This document shows positions 1 to 9,200 of a stretch of 48,338 nucleotides of DNA, in pieces; positions within the stretch are counted from its first letter, which is position 1; each line of letters starts with the position of its first letter. The notes below the pieces were generated by a model. The model was not told where the DNA came from. It saw only the letters and a list, made by a program, of their open reading frames with translations, and did not search any database. Both the position numbers and the translations under genes were made by a program. The stretch comes from an uncultured Chthoniobacter sp. (GTDB taxonomy: Bacteria; Verrucomicrobiota; Verrucomicrobiia; Chthoniobacterales; Terrimicrobiaceae): positions 1 through 48,338 of the forward strand of contig CAZVPK010000001.1 in assembly GCA_964628505.1 (NCBI GenBank), written 5' to 3'.

Positions 1-542
1 GCGAGCATCAAGAGCGGGAAATTCCACGGGATGATTTGGCCAACGACGCCGAGTGGGGCGAGGGTGCGGCCGGGCGCGGCGTGGTCGAGTTTGTCGGCCC
101 AGCCGGCGTGGTAGAAGAAATGTGCGGCGGCGACGGGGACATCGAAGTCGCGGGATTCGCGGATCGGTTTGCCGCCATCGATGGATTCGGCGACGGCGAA
201 TTCGCGGGCGCGGTCTTGGAGAAGGCGGGCGATGCGGAAGAGGTATTTTCCACGCTCGGCGCCGGGGAGTTTGCTCCATTTCGGGAAGGCGGCACTGGCG
301 GCGGAGAAGGCGGCGTTCACATCGGCCTCGTTGGCGATGGCGATTTCGGAGACTTTTTTCTCGTTGCCGGGAGAGATCGAGTCGAACCACTTCTTGGATT
401 TCGGCGCGGTGAATTTGCCGTTGATGAAGAGGTCGTATCGCGGGGCGATGTGGGGGTTCGCGGTCTCGGGGGCGGGGTCGTATTCCCAGAGGTTGCCGAA
501 GAGGAGTTCGCGGGCCGGGTTGTTGGGTCGTTTGGCGGGCAT
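1..542 (-). CDS. Aldehyde dehydrogenase family protein, N-terminal ~180 aa (rest lies beyond the left window edge)
   Basis: Not in the ORF track because it has no in-window stop. Hand translation of the reverse strand from the ATG at 540-542 gives MPAKRPNNPARELLFGNLWEYDPAPETANPHIAPRYDLFINGKFTAPKSKKWFDSISPGNEKKVSEIAIANEADVNAAFS... This is a typical ALDH N-terminus (LFINGKF..., A-x-EADV-x-x-A). Same strand as deoC, 18 nt after its stop. Confidence 0.8.
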   Translation of the reverse strand, partial: MPAKRPNNPARELLFGNLWEYDPAPETANPHIAPRYDLFINGKFTAPKSKKWFDSISPGNEKKVSEIAIANEADVNAAFSAASAAFPKWSKLPGAERGKYLFRIARLLQDRAREFAVAESIDGGKPIRESRDFDVPVAAAHFFYHAGWADKLDHAAPGRTLAPLGVVGQIIPWNFPLLML

Positions 543-560
543 GGCGGGGAGAGTGGGTTT

Positions 561-1496
561 TTAGTAACTGCCGGAGGCTTCGCTGAAGCTGTAGGGGGCC
601 TGATAGGCTCCGGTTTTTTCCTTCACGAGTTGGCGGAGGAGGTCGTTGAGGAGCGCGGAGGCGCCGAAGCGGTAGCGGGTGTTGTTGAGCCAATGGTCGC
701 CGAGGGTTTCCTTGACGGCGATGAGGAATTGGATGGCTTGTTTGGCCGTGCGGATGCCGCCGGCGGGTTTCATGGCGATCGGCGTGCCGGTTTCCAAATA
801 GAAATCGCGGATGGCGTCGAGCATCACCTGGTTGTTGCCGAGGGTGGCGTTCGAGGAGGTTTTTCCGGTGCTGGTCTTGATGAAATCGTCGGGGCGCAGG
901 ACGCGCATCGCGAGGAAGGACGCGGCGCGGATGTTGTCGTAGGTTTCGAGTTCGCTCGTTTCGAGGATGACCTTGAGAGTGGCTTTGCCGCAGGCGTCGC
1001 GGATGGCGGCGATTTCGTCTTGGACGAGATTCAGCTCGCCCGCGAGAAACGCGCCGCGGCTGATGACCATGTCGATCTCGTCGGCTCCGTCCTCGACGGC
1101 GGCACGGACTTCGGCGAGGCGGGTTTCGAGCGGGGCCTGGCCGGAGGGGAAGGCGGTCGCCACGGAGGCGATCTTCACCGGAGAGTTGCGGAGATGTTTT
1201 TTGGCGTGCTTGACGAGGCGCGGGTAAACGCAGACCGCGGCGGTCGAGGGAATAGTCGGGTCGTCATGCGGGTGGAGGGCCTTGAGGCACAGCGAGGCGA
1301 CTTTGCCCGGGGTGTCCTTGCCTTCAAGGGTGGTGAGATCGACCATCGAGACGGCGAGTTTGAGGGCCTGGACCTTGGAGGCTTTTTTGATCGAGCGGGT
1401 GGTGTATTTGGCCACGCGTTCTTCGATGCCGACATGGTCGACGGGGCCGATTTCGCTGAGGAGTTTTTTGAGGGATTGGGGGCTGCTTGCTGACAT
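561..1496 (-). CDS. deoC: Deoxyribose-phosphate aldolase (long form)
   Basis: 311-aa ORF with DERA hallmarks: VDLTTLEG, IDMVISRG, FIKTSTGK (Schiff-base Lys region), MKPAGGIRT. Confidence 0.9.
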   Translation of the reverse strand: MSASSPQSLKKLLSEIGPVDHVGIEERVAKYTTRSIKKASKVQALKLAVSMVDLTTLEGKDTPGKVASLCLKALHPHDDPTIPSTAAVCVYPRLVKHAKKHLRNSPVKIASVATAFPSGQAPLETRLAEVRAAVEDGADEIDMVISRGAFLAGELNLVQDEIAAIRDACGKATLKVILETSELETYDNIRAASFLAMRVLRPDDFIKTSTGKTSSNATLGNNQVMLDAIRDFYLETGTPIAMKPAGGIRTAKQAIQFLIAVKETLGDHWLNNTRYRFGASALLNDLLRQLVKEKTGAYQAPYSFSEASGSY

Positions 1497-1597
1497 TGGA
1501 GATGAATGATGGTGAGGATCAGACGCGTGCCAAGCCGAAAACGCGGGCCTTTTTTTCTTGAGGGCGCGGCGGTCACCCGTGATTTCATCGCGGTTTC

Positions 1598-2248
1598 ATG
1601 ATCTACCCTCTCGCCGCGATCCTCTCTTATTTTTTGGGTTCCCTCCCGTGGGGGTATCTCGCGGGACGGATGAACGGGGTGGACTTGCGCCGCGAGGGGA
1701 GCGGCAACACCGGCGCGACAAACGCGCTGCGGGTGCTTGGGAAAAAGTGGGGCTATCTGGTCTTCGCGCTCGATGCGTTGAAGGGGGTGCTGTCGGTGAA
1801 ATGGTCGATGGACCTGGCGGTTTATCTCCATGCGACCGGGCAGGAAAAAATCTACGCCGGCGTGCTGGCAGCGATCTTCGTGATGATCGGGCACTCGTAT
1901 CCGGTGTGGTTGAAATTCCAAGGGGGAAAGGGGATCGCCACGGCGGCCGGCGTGATGCTGGCGCTTTTTCCGCCGCCGGTTTTCGGATTCGGACTGCTGG
2001 TGTGGGCGGGGCTTTTCTATGCCACGAGATATGTCTCGGTGGCCTCGCTGGGAGCGGCGTTCTCTCTGCCGACCAGCGCCGGGATTTTGTGGTGGTTCGG
2101 GCTCTGCGACCCACTGCTGGTGGCGATCGCAGCGGCCATGTGCGCGCTGGCCGTGTGGCGCCACAAGTCGAACATCCAACGATTGCTCGCCGGCACCGAA
2201 AAACGGTTTGAAAAAAAATCCCCGGAGGCGCGCGAGTCCCATGTTTGA
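1598..2248 (+). CDS. plsY: Glycerol-3-phosphate acyltransferase PlsY
   Basis: 216-aa multi-TM ORF. N-terminus LGSLPWGYLAGR...DLRREGSGNTGATNALRVLG matches the PlsY signature (GSGNxGATN). Confidence 0.9.
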   Translation: MIYPLAAILSYFLGSLPWGYLAGRMNGVDLRREGSGNTGATNALRVLGKKWGYLVFALDALKGVLSVKWSMDLAVYLHATGQEKIYAGVLAAIFVMIGHSYPVWLKFQGGKGIATAAGVMLALFPPPVFGFGLLVWAGLFYATRYVSVASLGAAFSLPTSAGILWWFGLCDPLLVAIAAAMCALAVWRHKSNIQRLLAGTEKRFEKKSPEARESHV

Positions 2249-3251
2249 TCGGATCGGCGTCGTGGGCGGAGGCGGCTGGGGGACCGCACTCGCGGTATTG
2301 CTTGCGGATCATGGACGGCCGGTTCGGTTGTGGACCCACAACCCGTCGGTGGCGGAGCAAATCGCCTCCACGCGGGAAAATTCCACTTACCTCGCTGGAG
2401 TGAAAATTCCCGCGAATGTCGAGCCCACGGCGAGCTTGGCGGACCTGAAGGATTGCGGGCTTTTTGTGGTGGTGGTTCCCTCGAAGGCCATGCGCGAAAC
2501 GGCCGCCGCCCTCGCGGGAATCGGGCCAAGCGCGGAGGCGGTTTTTGTTTCCTGCACGAAAGGGATCGAATTCGACTCCGGCAAACTGATGTCGCAGGTG
2601 CTCGGAGAGTTGCTGCCCGCGCACCGGACCGCCGTTCTCAGCGGGCCGAATCTGGCGAACGAGGTAGCGCGCCGCATTCCTGCGGCCAGCGTAGTCGGAA
2701 GCGCGCATGCCGAATTGCTCGAGCCGCTGCAGCGGATTTTTTCCGTGAAGGGATTCCGCGCCTACACGAGCGAGGATGTGACCGGCATCCAACTCGGCGG
2801 GGCGCTGAAAAACATCTACGCCATCGCGGCGGGCGTCTCCGATGGTTTCGGCATGGGCGACAACGCGAAGGCGGCGTTGGTGACCCGCTCGCTGGCCGAA
2901 ATGACGCGCCTCGGCGTGGCGCTGGGCGGGCACAAGGAGACTTTTTTCGGACTCAGCGGCGTGGGGGATTTGATGGTCACCTGCTTCAGTTCGCACAGCC
3001 GCAACCGGGCCTTCGGCGAACGCGTGGGGCGCGGCGAAAAACCCGACGCGATCATTGCCTCGACGCGAATGGTGGCTGAAGGAGTTCCCACCGCCAGAGC
3101 CGCCTGGCAATGCGCGCAACGCTTCGGAATCGACACGCCGATCACGGCGGAGATTTTCGCCGTGCTTCACGAAGGCAAGCCTCCCAAGGAATCCCTCGCC
3201 AATCTTCTCGGGCGTCCGCCCAAACCCGAAAACCATACCGGCACCGCATGA
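2241..3251 (+). CDS. gpsA: NAD(P)H-dependent glycerol-3-phosphate dehydrogenase
   Basis: Real start is the internal ATG at 2241 of ORF 2019..3251 (MFDRIGVVGGGGWGTALA, a Rossmann GxGxxG). Also GPNLANEVA, LKNIYAIAAG, GDLMVTCFSSHSRNR. Overlaps the plsY stop by 8 nt. Confidence 0.9.
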   Translation: MFDRIGVVGGGGWGTALAVLLADHGRPVRLWTHNPSVAEQIASTRENSTYLAGVKIPANVEPTASLADLKDCGLFVVVVPSKAMRETAAALAGIGPSAEAVFVSCTKGIEFDSGKLMSQVLGELLPAHRTAVLSGPNLANEVARRIPAASVVGSAHAELLEPLQRIFSVKGFRAYTSEDVTGIQLGGALKNIYAIAAGVSDGFGMGDNAKAALVTRSLAEMTRLGVALGGHKETFFGLSGVGDLMVTCFSSHSRNRAFGERVGRGEKPDAIIASTRMVAEGVPTARAAWQCAQRFGIDTPITAEIFAVLHEGKPPKESLANLLGRPPKPENHTGTA

Positions 3252-4318
3252 GGATCGGCTTTGTCCGGCGGGGACATTCCGCCACCGGCGGCGCGGAAGC
3301 CTACCTGCTGCGACTCGCGGCGGAGCTTCAAAAAACCGGCGAGGACTGCGTGCTCGTCACTACGCCGGATTGGCCCGCCGAGCGCTGGCCGTTTGGAAAA
3401 ATCCTGCGCATCGCCGACCGCGGGCCGAAGGAGTTCGCGGAAGCCTTTCGCGCGATGAGGACCGGCTGCGATGTCCACCTGAGCCTCGAGCGGGTCCCCG
3501 GATGCGAGGTTTTCCGCGCCGGCGACGGCGTCCATGCGGCCTGGCTGGATCGGCGGAACGGCTTCGAACCGCTCTGGAAGCGGCTCGGCCGACTGCTGAA
3601 TCGAAAACACGCGCGCGTTCTCGAACTCGAGCGGATGGTTTTCGATCCGGCGAACACCCGGGCGGTGATTGTGAATTCCAAAATGGTGGGCGACGAAATT
3701 CTCGCCCGTTTCCCCTACCCCGCCGAAAAAATCCATCTCGTTCCGAACGGAATCCATCCTTTCGGCGAACTCCCGCCGCGCGCGGAGTCGCAAAAAAAAT
3801 GGAACCTCGCACCGAATCGTTTCCGGCCGCTTTTTCTCGGCACGGGTTGGGAGCGCAAAGGCCTCTCCGTCGCGCTCAAGGCCGTCGAAATGATGGAGGA
3901 CACCGAACTTCTCGTCGCGGGCCGCGGGCCGGCGGACCTTTATCGAAGCGGCAAGGCGCGGTTTCTCGGACCCGTCTCCGATTTGCCCGCACTCTTCGCA
4001 GCGGCGGATGTCTTGGTCGCTCCGACCTGGTATGATCCCTTCTCCAACGCCTGTCTGGAGGCCCTTTCGGCGGGACTTCCCGTGATCACCACGCCGGCGA
4101 ACGGATTTTCCGAAATTCTCGCGCCCGGTCTCCACGGCGACATTGTTCCGACCGGCGACGCGCTCGCGCTCGCGGAGGCTCTGGAAAACTGGAAACGCCC
4201 CGGCCACGCCGAATCGGCCCGCGCCGCCTGCCGCGCGCGCGCCGCGGAATTTTCCATCGAGCGCAACGCCCGCGAGACCCTCGAAATCCTGAAAGCCGCC
4301 GCGAACCCGGCCCGCTGA
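3248..4318 (+). CDS. Glycosyltransferase family 4 (GT-B, RfaG/WaaG-like)
   Basis: Internal ATG at 3248 (MRIGFVRRGHSATGGAEAYLLRLA) overlaps the gpsA stop as ATGA. C-terminal GT1/GT4 motif PTWYDPFSNACLEALSAGLPVITT (E-x7-E). Confidence 0.8.
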   Translation: MRIGFVRRGHSATGGAEAYLLRLAAELQKTGEDCVLVTTPDWPAERWPFGKILRIADRGPKEFAEAFRAMRTGCDVHLSLERVPGCEVFRAGDGVHAAWLDRRNGFEPLWKRLGRLLNRKHARVLELERMVFDPANTRAVIVNSKMVGDEILARFPYPAEKIHLVPNGIHPFGELPPRAESQKKWNLAPNRFRPLFLGTGWERKGLSVALKAVEMMEDTELLVAGRGPADLYRSGKARFLGPVSDLPALFAAADVLVAPTWYDPFSNACLEALSAGLPVITTPANGFSEILAPGLHGDIVPTGDALALAEALENWKRPGHAESARAACRARAAEFSIERNARETLEILKAAANPAR

Positions 4319-4361
4319 GATCGCGCTTGTGAAAACTCTGCGCGGCGTTATGCATGCCGCG

Positions 4362-5729
4362 ATGCAAACCCTCGATTCCCTCATAGAACAAGCCGCGTCC
4401 CTCGTTTGGGGCCCGTGGCTGATCGTCCTCCTCTTCGGCACCCACCTCTTCCTCACCTGGCGCACCGGATTCGTTCAGCGCCATTTGTTCCAGGCGATCA
4501 AACTCTCGGTGACCCCCGAAAAAGGCGCTCCCGGCGACGTGAGCCCCTTCGGGTCCCTCACCGCCGCCCTTGCGGCGACGATCGGCACGGGCAACATCTT
4601 CGGCGTGGCCGGCGCGATCCTGCTCGGCGGACCCGGCGCGGTGCTCTGGATGTGGCTCACCGGCGTGTTCGGCATCGCCACGAAATACAGCGAGGCGCTC
4701 CTCTCCGTGAAATACCGCGTGACCAACGCCGACGGACACATGAGCGGCGGGCCGATGTATGTCCTCGAAAAAGGCCTGGGCTGCCGGTGGGGCGGCGTTG
4801 TCTTTGCGATCTTCACCGCCATCGCGGCGTTCGGGATCGGAAACATGGTCCAGGCGAACACCATCGCGGAAATCGTGGCCGAGCACCGCGCGGACCTGCC
4901 TTTCGAGATCGGGGAAAAACCCCTCCAGGCCGCCGTGGGCCTCTCCCTCGCGCTCCTCACCGCGGCCGTGATGCTCGGTGGCGTGAAATCGATCGCCCGC
5001 GTCTGCTCGTTCCTCGTTCCGATCATGGCCGCGGGCTATGTGCTCGGGTGTCTGGCGATCCTGTTGATGAATTTCACAAAACTCGACGAGACCATTGTTC
5101 TCATCGTCAAAAGCGCCTTCACCGGCCATGCCGCGGCGGGCGGATTTGTCGGGGCGGGAATCGCCCAGGCGATGCGCTACGGAATCGCGCGGGGGCTTTT
5201 CTCGAACGAGTCCGGCATGGGCAGCGCGCCCATCCTCGCCGCCGCCGCGCGCACGAGGGATCCGGTGCGCCAGGCCCTGGTCTCCGGCACGGGCACATTC
5301 TGGGACACCGTCGTTGTGTGCGCGATGACAGGACTGGTTCTGGTTTCGGCCGGGGACTGGACGGAGGAGGGCATCGACAAGGCCGCCCTGTGTTCGAAAG
5401 CCTTCGGCCAACTCGGCGTCCTCGGCAGCGCCATTCTGGTCTTCGGTTTGTTGACCTTTGTTTTTTCCACGATCCTCGGCTGGTCCTACTACGGAGAGAA
5501 GGCCGTCGAGTATCTCGTCGGGGTCCGCGCGGTGCGGCCCTACCGCTGGCTCTGGGTCGGCGTCGTCTTCCTCGGATCCATCTGGAAAAGCGACGCGGTC
5601 TGGAATTTCTCCGACATGATGAACGGCTTGATGGCGATCCCGAATCTCGTCGCGCTCGTCCTGCTCAGCGGAGTCGTCGCCTCGGAAACCCGCCGCTATT
5701 TTTCCGGCCCCGGCCAACCGCCGCGCTGA
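4362..5729 (+). CDS. Alanine/glycine:cation symporter (AGCS) family transporter
   Basis: MQTLDSLIEQAASLVWGPWLIVLLFGTHLFLT..., TIGTGNIFGVAGAILLGGPGAVLWMW and FSNESGMGSAPI are AGCS hallmarks. The ORF is open from GTG 4329; ATG 4350 or 4362 are the plausible starts. Confidence 0.85.
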   Translation: MQTLDSLIEQAASLVWGPWLIVLLFGTHLFLTWRTGFVQRHLFQAIKLSVTPEKGAPGDVSPFGSLTAALAATIGTGNIFGVAGAILLGGPGAVLWMWLTGVFGIATKYSEALLSVKYRVTNADGHMSGGPMYVLEKGLGCRWGGVVFAIFTAIAAFGIGNMVQANTIAEIVAEHRADLPFEIGEKPLQAAVGLSLALLTAAVMLGGVKSIARVCSFLVPIMAAGYVLGCLAILLMNFTKLDETIVLIVKSAFTGHAAAGGFVGAGIAQAMRYGIARGLFSNESGMGSAPILAAAARTRDPVRQALVSGTGTFWDTVVVCAMTGLVLVSAGDWTEEGIDKAALCSKAFGQLGVLGSAILVFGLLTFVFSTILGWSYYGEKAVEYLVGVRAVRPYRWLWVGVVFLGSIWKSDAVWNFSDMMNGLMAIPNLVALVLLSGVVASETRRYFSGPGQPPR

Positions 5730-5848
5730 TGCCATCGGCTTGTCGCTTTTTGATCAAAATCCTCCCGCGGTTGGCCAAAAACCACCAAGTTCCTTAATGG
5801 ACTAATGAAAAACCGCGGTGATTCCGTGGGAAAACAAAAATCCGCAGG

Positions 5849-5865
5849 TTGGCACGGCGATTGCT
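5849..5865 (+). promoter_or_regulatory. Candidate sigma-54 (-24/-12) promoter
   Basis: TTGGCACGGCGATTGCT matches TGGCAC-N5-TTGC at every conserved position, with the correct GG-to-GC spacing. It lies in an AT-rich 372-bp intergenic spacer. Confidence 0.5.
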
Positions 5866-5875
5866 TAATAGAAAA

Positions 5876-5957
5876 CAAATCAGCCCGGTCGAAGGATTGA
5901 GTTCATGAACTTGGGGGAGGGAATGAACTCGGGGAACCGACCGGGCTGTTTTTATTT
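5876..5957 (+). ncRNA. Candidate ~80-nt small RNA / long-stem intrinsic terminator
   Basis: Outer 11-bp stem CAGCCCGGTCG (5881-5891) / CGACCGGGCTG (5938-5948). Inner 8-bp stem GAGTTCAT (5899-5906) / ATGAACTC (5923-5930). 16-nt G-rich loop, then TTTTTATTT (5949-5957). It starts about 5 nt after the predicted sigma-54 +1 and contains no credible ORF. Confidence 0.35.
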
Positions 5958-6101
5958 ACAAGAAACGCCCTGACGACACACCAACCGCGCCGCAACGGGG
6001 GTGAAGACCCCGCCGGAAAAATCCGATTCGTGTTGTCAGCAGGAAGCTTTCTGACAGATTCACACCGGCTACCGCCAAGAAAGGAGGGGAAACAACTCGA
6101 C

Positions 6102-6221
6102 ATGAAAATCGCAACCATCGCCGCTGTGGCGGCTCTCGCGATCGCCGCTCTCGGCCTCGGTGCCTGCGCCAGCAAGCCCGCTCCGGCTCCGGCTCCGAGC
6201 ACGATCGGAACATCCAAGTAA
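6102..6221 (+). CDS. Very small lipoprotein (39 aa; mature about 18 aa)
   Basis: MKIATIAAVAALAIAALGLGAC|ASKPAPAPAPSTIGTSK: signal peptide plus lipobox (L-G-A-C). Strong SD AAGGAGGGG at 6081-6089, 12 nt before the ATG. Strong terminator follows at 6234-6274. Confidence 0.6.
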   Translation: MKIATIAAVAALAIAALGLGACASKPAPAPAPSTIGTSK

Positions 6222-6233
6222 CGGATGCTCGCT

Positions 6234-6274
6234 AAGGCCGGGTGGAACGCGCTTCCGCCCGGCCTTTTTCTTTT
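6234..6274 (+). terminator. Rho-independent terminator after the small lipoprotein gene
   Basis: 14-bp stem AAGGCCGGGTGGAA / TTCCGCCCGGCCTT (one G-U pair), 5-nt loop, then TTTTTCTTTT. Confidence 0.7.
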
Positions 6275-6295
6275 GCGCCGCCGGGCGCGTTTTTC

Positions 6296-9200
6296 TCAGG
6301 GGTTCCCCCGGTCCTTGCGGCCCGAGAGGAGCATGTAGAGGCAGGGGACGATGAACAGGGCGAGGAGGGTGCCGATCGCCATTCCGCCCACCAGCACGAG
6401 GCCGATGGAGTTGCGCGCGGCGGCGCCCGCGCCGGTCACAAGGACCAGAGGGAAATGTCCGAAGACCGTGGCCAGCGTGGTCATGATGATCGGGCGGAAG
6501 CGGGTGAGCGACGCCTCGCGCACGGCGGCGAGTTTTCCATGGCCGCGCGCCCGGAGCTGGTTGGCGAATTCGACGATGAGGATTCCGTTTTTGGCGATGA
6601 GTCCCACCAGCGTGACGAGGCCGATCTGCGAGTAGATGTTGAGGGTGGTCGTCCAACCGTTGGTCCAGAACGGCACGTTGGGCGAGGGCATTTTCAGAAA
6701 TGTGAAAACCAGCGCGCCGAACATCGCCAGCGGCACCGAGCCGAGAAGAATGATCAAGGGGTCGCGGAAACTGTTGAACTGCGCGGCGAGCACCAGAAAA
6801 ATCATCATCACGGCCAGCGCGAAGGTGACGAGAAACTTGGACCCGCCCTCGGCTCGGAGTTGGCGCGACTCGCCGGTGTAGTCGATCACGTAGCCGGGCG
6901 GCATGATCTTGGCGGCCTCGTCCTCGAGAAAGCGCAGGGCCTGGTCGAGCGGACGGATCGCGACGCCGCTGAGCTTGACGGCATTGAGTTGCTGGAAGCG
7001 GTTCAGCGATCTCGGCTCTGCGGAGTTTTTGAGGGTCGCGACCGCGCCGAGCGGCATGAGGCGGCCGTCGGGACCGGTGACGTAGATTTGTTGGAGCTGG
7101 TCGGGATTGAGGCGGTCCACGCGCTGGATTTGCGGGATGACCTTGTAGCTTCGGCCGTCGATGTTGAAGCGGTTGACGAAATTTCCGCCGAGCATGGCGG
7201 AGAGGTCCTCGCCGATCTGGCGGAGGTCGAGACCCAGCGAGGCGATCTTGTCGCGGTCGAGAAGGATCTCGGTGCGCGGTTGGTCGATCTTGGTGTCGAT
7301 GATGGGCGGGAAGGCGAACATTCCGCTCTCCATGGCCTTTCGCTGGAGGGTCTGCGCGATCTCGAGGATCTGCTCGGGCTCGGCGGTGGAGGCGATGAGG
7401 AATTCAACCGGGAAGTCCCCTCCCCCGGGCAGCGCGGCGGGAGTCACCGGGAACATTTTGATGCCGGCGAGTCCGGAGAGTTGCCGGGCGATCTCCGGCT
7501 GCAGGTCCTTCGGCGTGCGGGTGCGCTCGCCCCAGGGCTTGAGCACCATGCCGCCGAATCCGAAGGTCGGCTGCGTGAGTTGGAACGTGTAGGAGGTCTC
7601 CGGCGTGGAGAGGAAAATCCGCGTGGCCTCGTCGGCGTAGCGCACCGTTTCCTCCAGCGTGGCGTCGGCGGGCGCCTCGATGATCCCGAAGATCACGCCC
7701 TGGTCCTCGTCGGGCGCGAGTTCGGTGGGCGAGAGGATGAACATCGGAACGCAAAGCAGAACCACAACGGCCCAGACCGCGTAGGCGGCGGGGCGGTTGG
7801 CCAGCACCTTGTCGAGGAGCACCCCGTAACCGTCGCGGAACCGCTTGAACACGCCGCCGACGACCTTGGCGAATCCCCGCTCCTCGAGCCCCGGCTTCAA
7901 AAGCGCCGCGCTCATCGCGGGGGATATCGTCAAAGCCACCAGGCCGGAAACCATCACCGCTCCGGCCAGCGTGAAGGCGAATTCCCGGAAGAGCGACCCG
8001 GTCAGGCCGCCCTGCAGGCCGATCGGCAGATACACGGCGGCCAGGGTGACGGTCATGGAAACCACCGGGCCGACCAGTTCCCGCGCGCCGAGGATCGCGG
8101 CATCGAAGGGGGACATTCCCTCCGACATGTGGCGCTCGACGTTTTCCACGATCACAATCGCGTCGTCCACCACCAGGCCCACGCAAAGGACGATCGCCAG
8201 CAGGGTGAGGAGGTTCACGGTGAATCCCGCGACCTGCATCAGGAAAACCGCGCCGAGAATCGACAGGGGGATCGCCACCACCGGAACGAGCACGGCCCGC
8301 AGGTTTCCCAGAAAAAGAAAAATCACCACCACCACGATGAGGAGGGTCTCGGCGAGCGTTTTCAAAACCTCGCGGATCGCGTCGGTGATGTAGACCGTGG
8401 AGTCGTAGCCCACACCGGCTTCGAGGCCCGCGGGGAGCTCGGTTTTGATTTTGTCGAGTTCCTTCCGCACGGCGCCGATCACGTCCAGCGTGTTGGCGTT
8501 CGGCAGCACCCAGATGCCCATGAACACGGCCTGCTCGCCGCTGAAGCGCACGGCGGAATCGTAATCCTCGGCGCCGAGCGAGACATCGGCGATGTCCTTG
8601 AGGCGGACCACCGCGCCGCCGCTTTCGCGAAGCACGAGTTGCTCGAACTCCTCGACCGTTTTCAAGTCGGTGTTGGCCGTGAGGTTCACCGTGACGAGCG
8701 CGCCCTTGGTGCGGCCCACGGCGGAGAGGTAGTTGTTGGCGCCGAGCGCGCGGCGGACCTGCGCGGGACTGATGTTCAGCGCGGCCATGCGGTCGGGTTT
8801 CAGCCAAATCCGCATCGCGAAGGTGCGGCCGCCGAGAATCTCGGCGCGCTGCACCCCGGGAACCGCCGACAGGCGCGGTTGGACGACCCGGGCGAGATAG
8901 TCGGAGATTTCGTTCGGCCTCAAAATATCCGAGACGAACCGCAGGTAGGATGCCGCGCGCTCGGAGTCCGCGCTCACGATGTCGATCACCGGCACCTCGG
9001 ACTCGGGAGGCAGGTCGCCGCGCACTTGATCGACCTTGGCGCTGATCTCCGAGAGGGCCTTGGTGGGATCGTAATTCAGCTTGAGGCGGGCGGTGATGAG
9101 GGACCGGCCCTGGGAACTCTCGGATTTGATGTAATCGATGCCGTCGGCCGCCGCGATGGCGCGTTCGATGGGGGTGGTGATGAATCCGCGCACCAGTTCC

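Noticed and set aside
36-1493. 485-aa plus-strand ORF spanning the ALDH and deoC region
   Set aside because: It is the antisense shadow of two well-supported minus-strand genes. The product is a Gly/Ala/Glu/Val/Arg low-complexity string with no recognisable motifs, typical of GC-rich antisense frames.
1517-1533. TTGGCACG on the minus strand upstream of deoC as a sigma-54 promoter
   Set aside because: The -12 position reads TGAT instead of TTGC. With no GC at -13/-12 it fails the invariant requirement.
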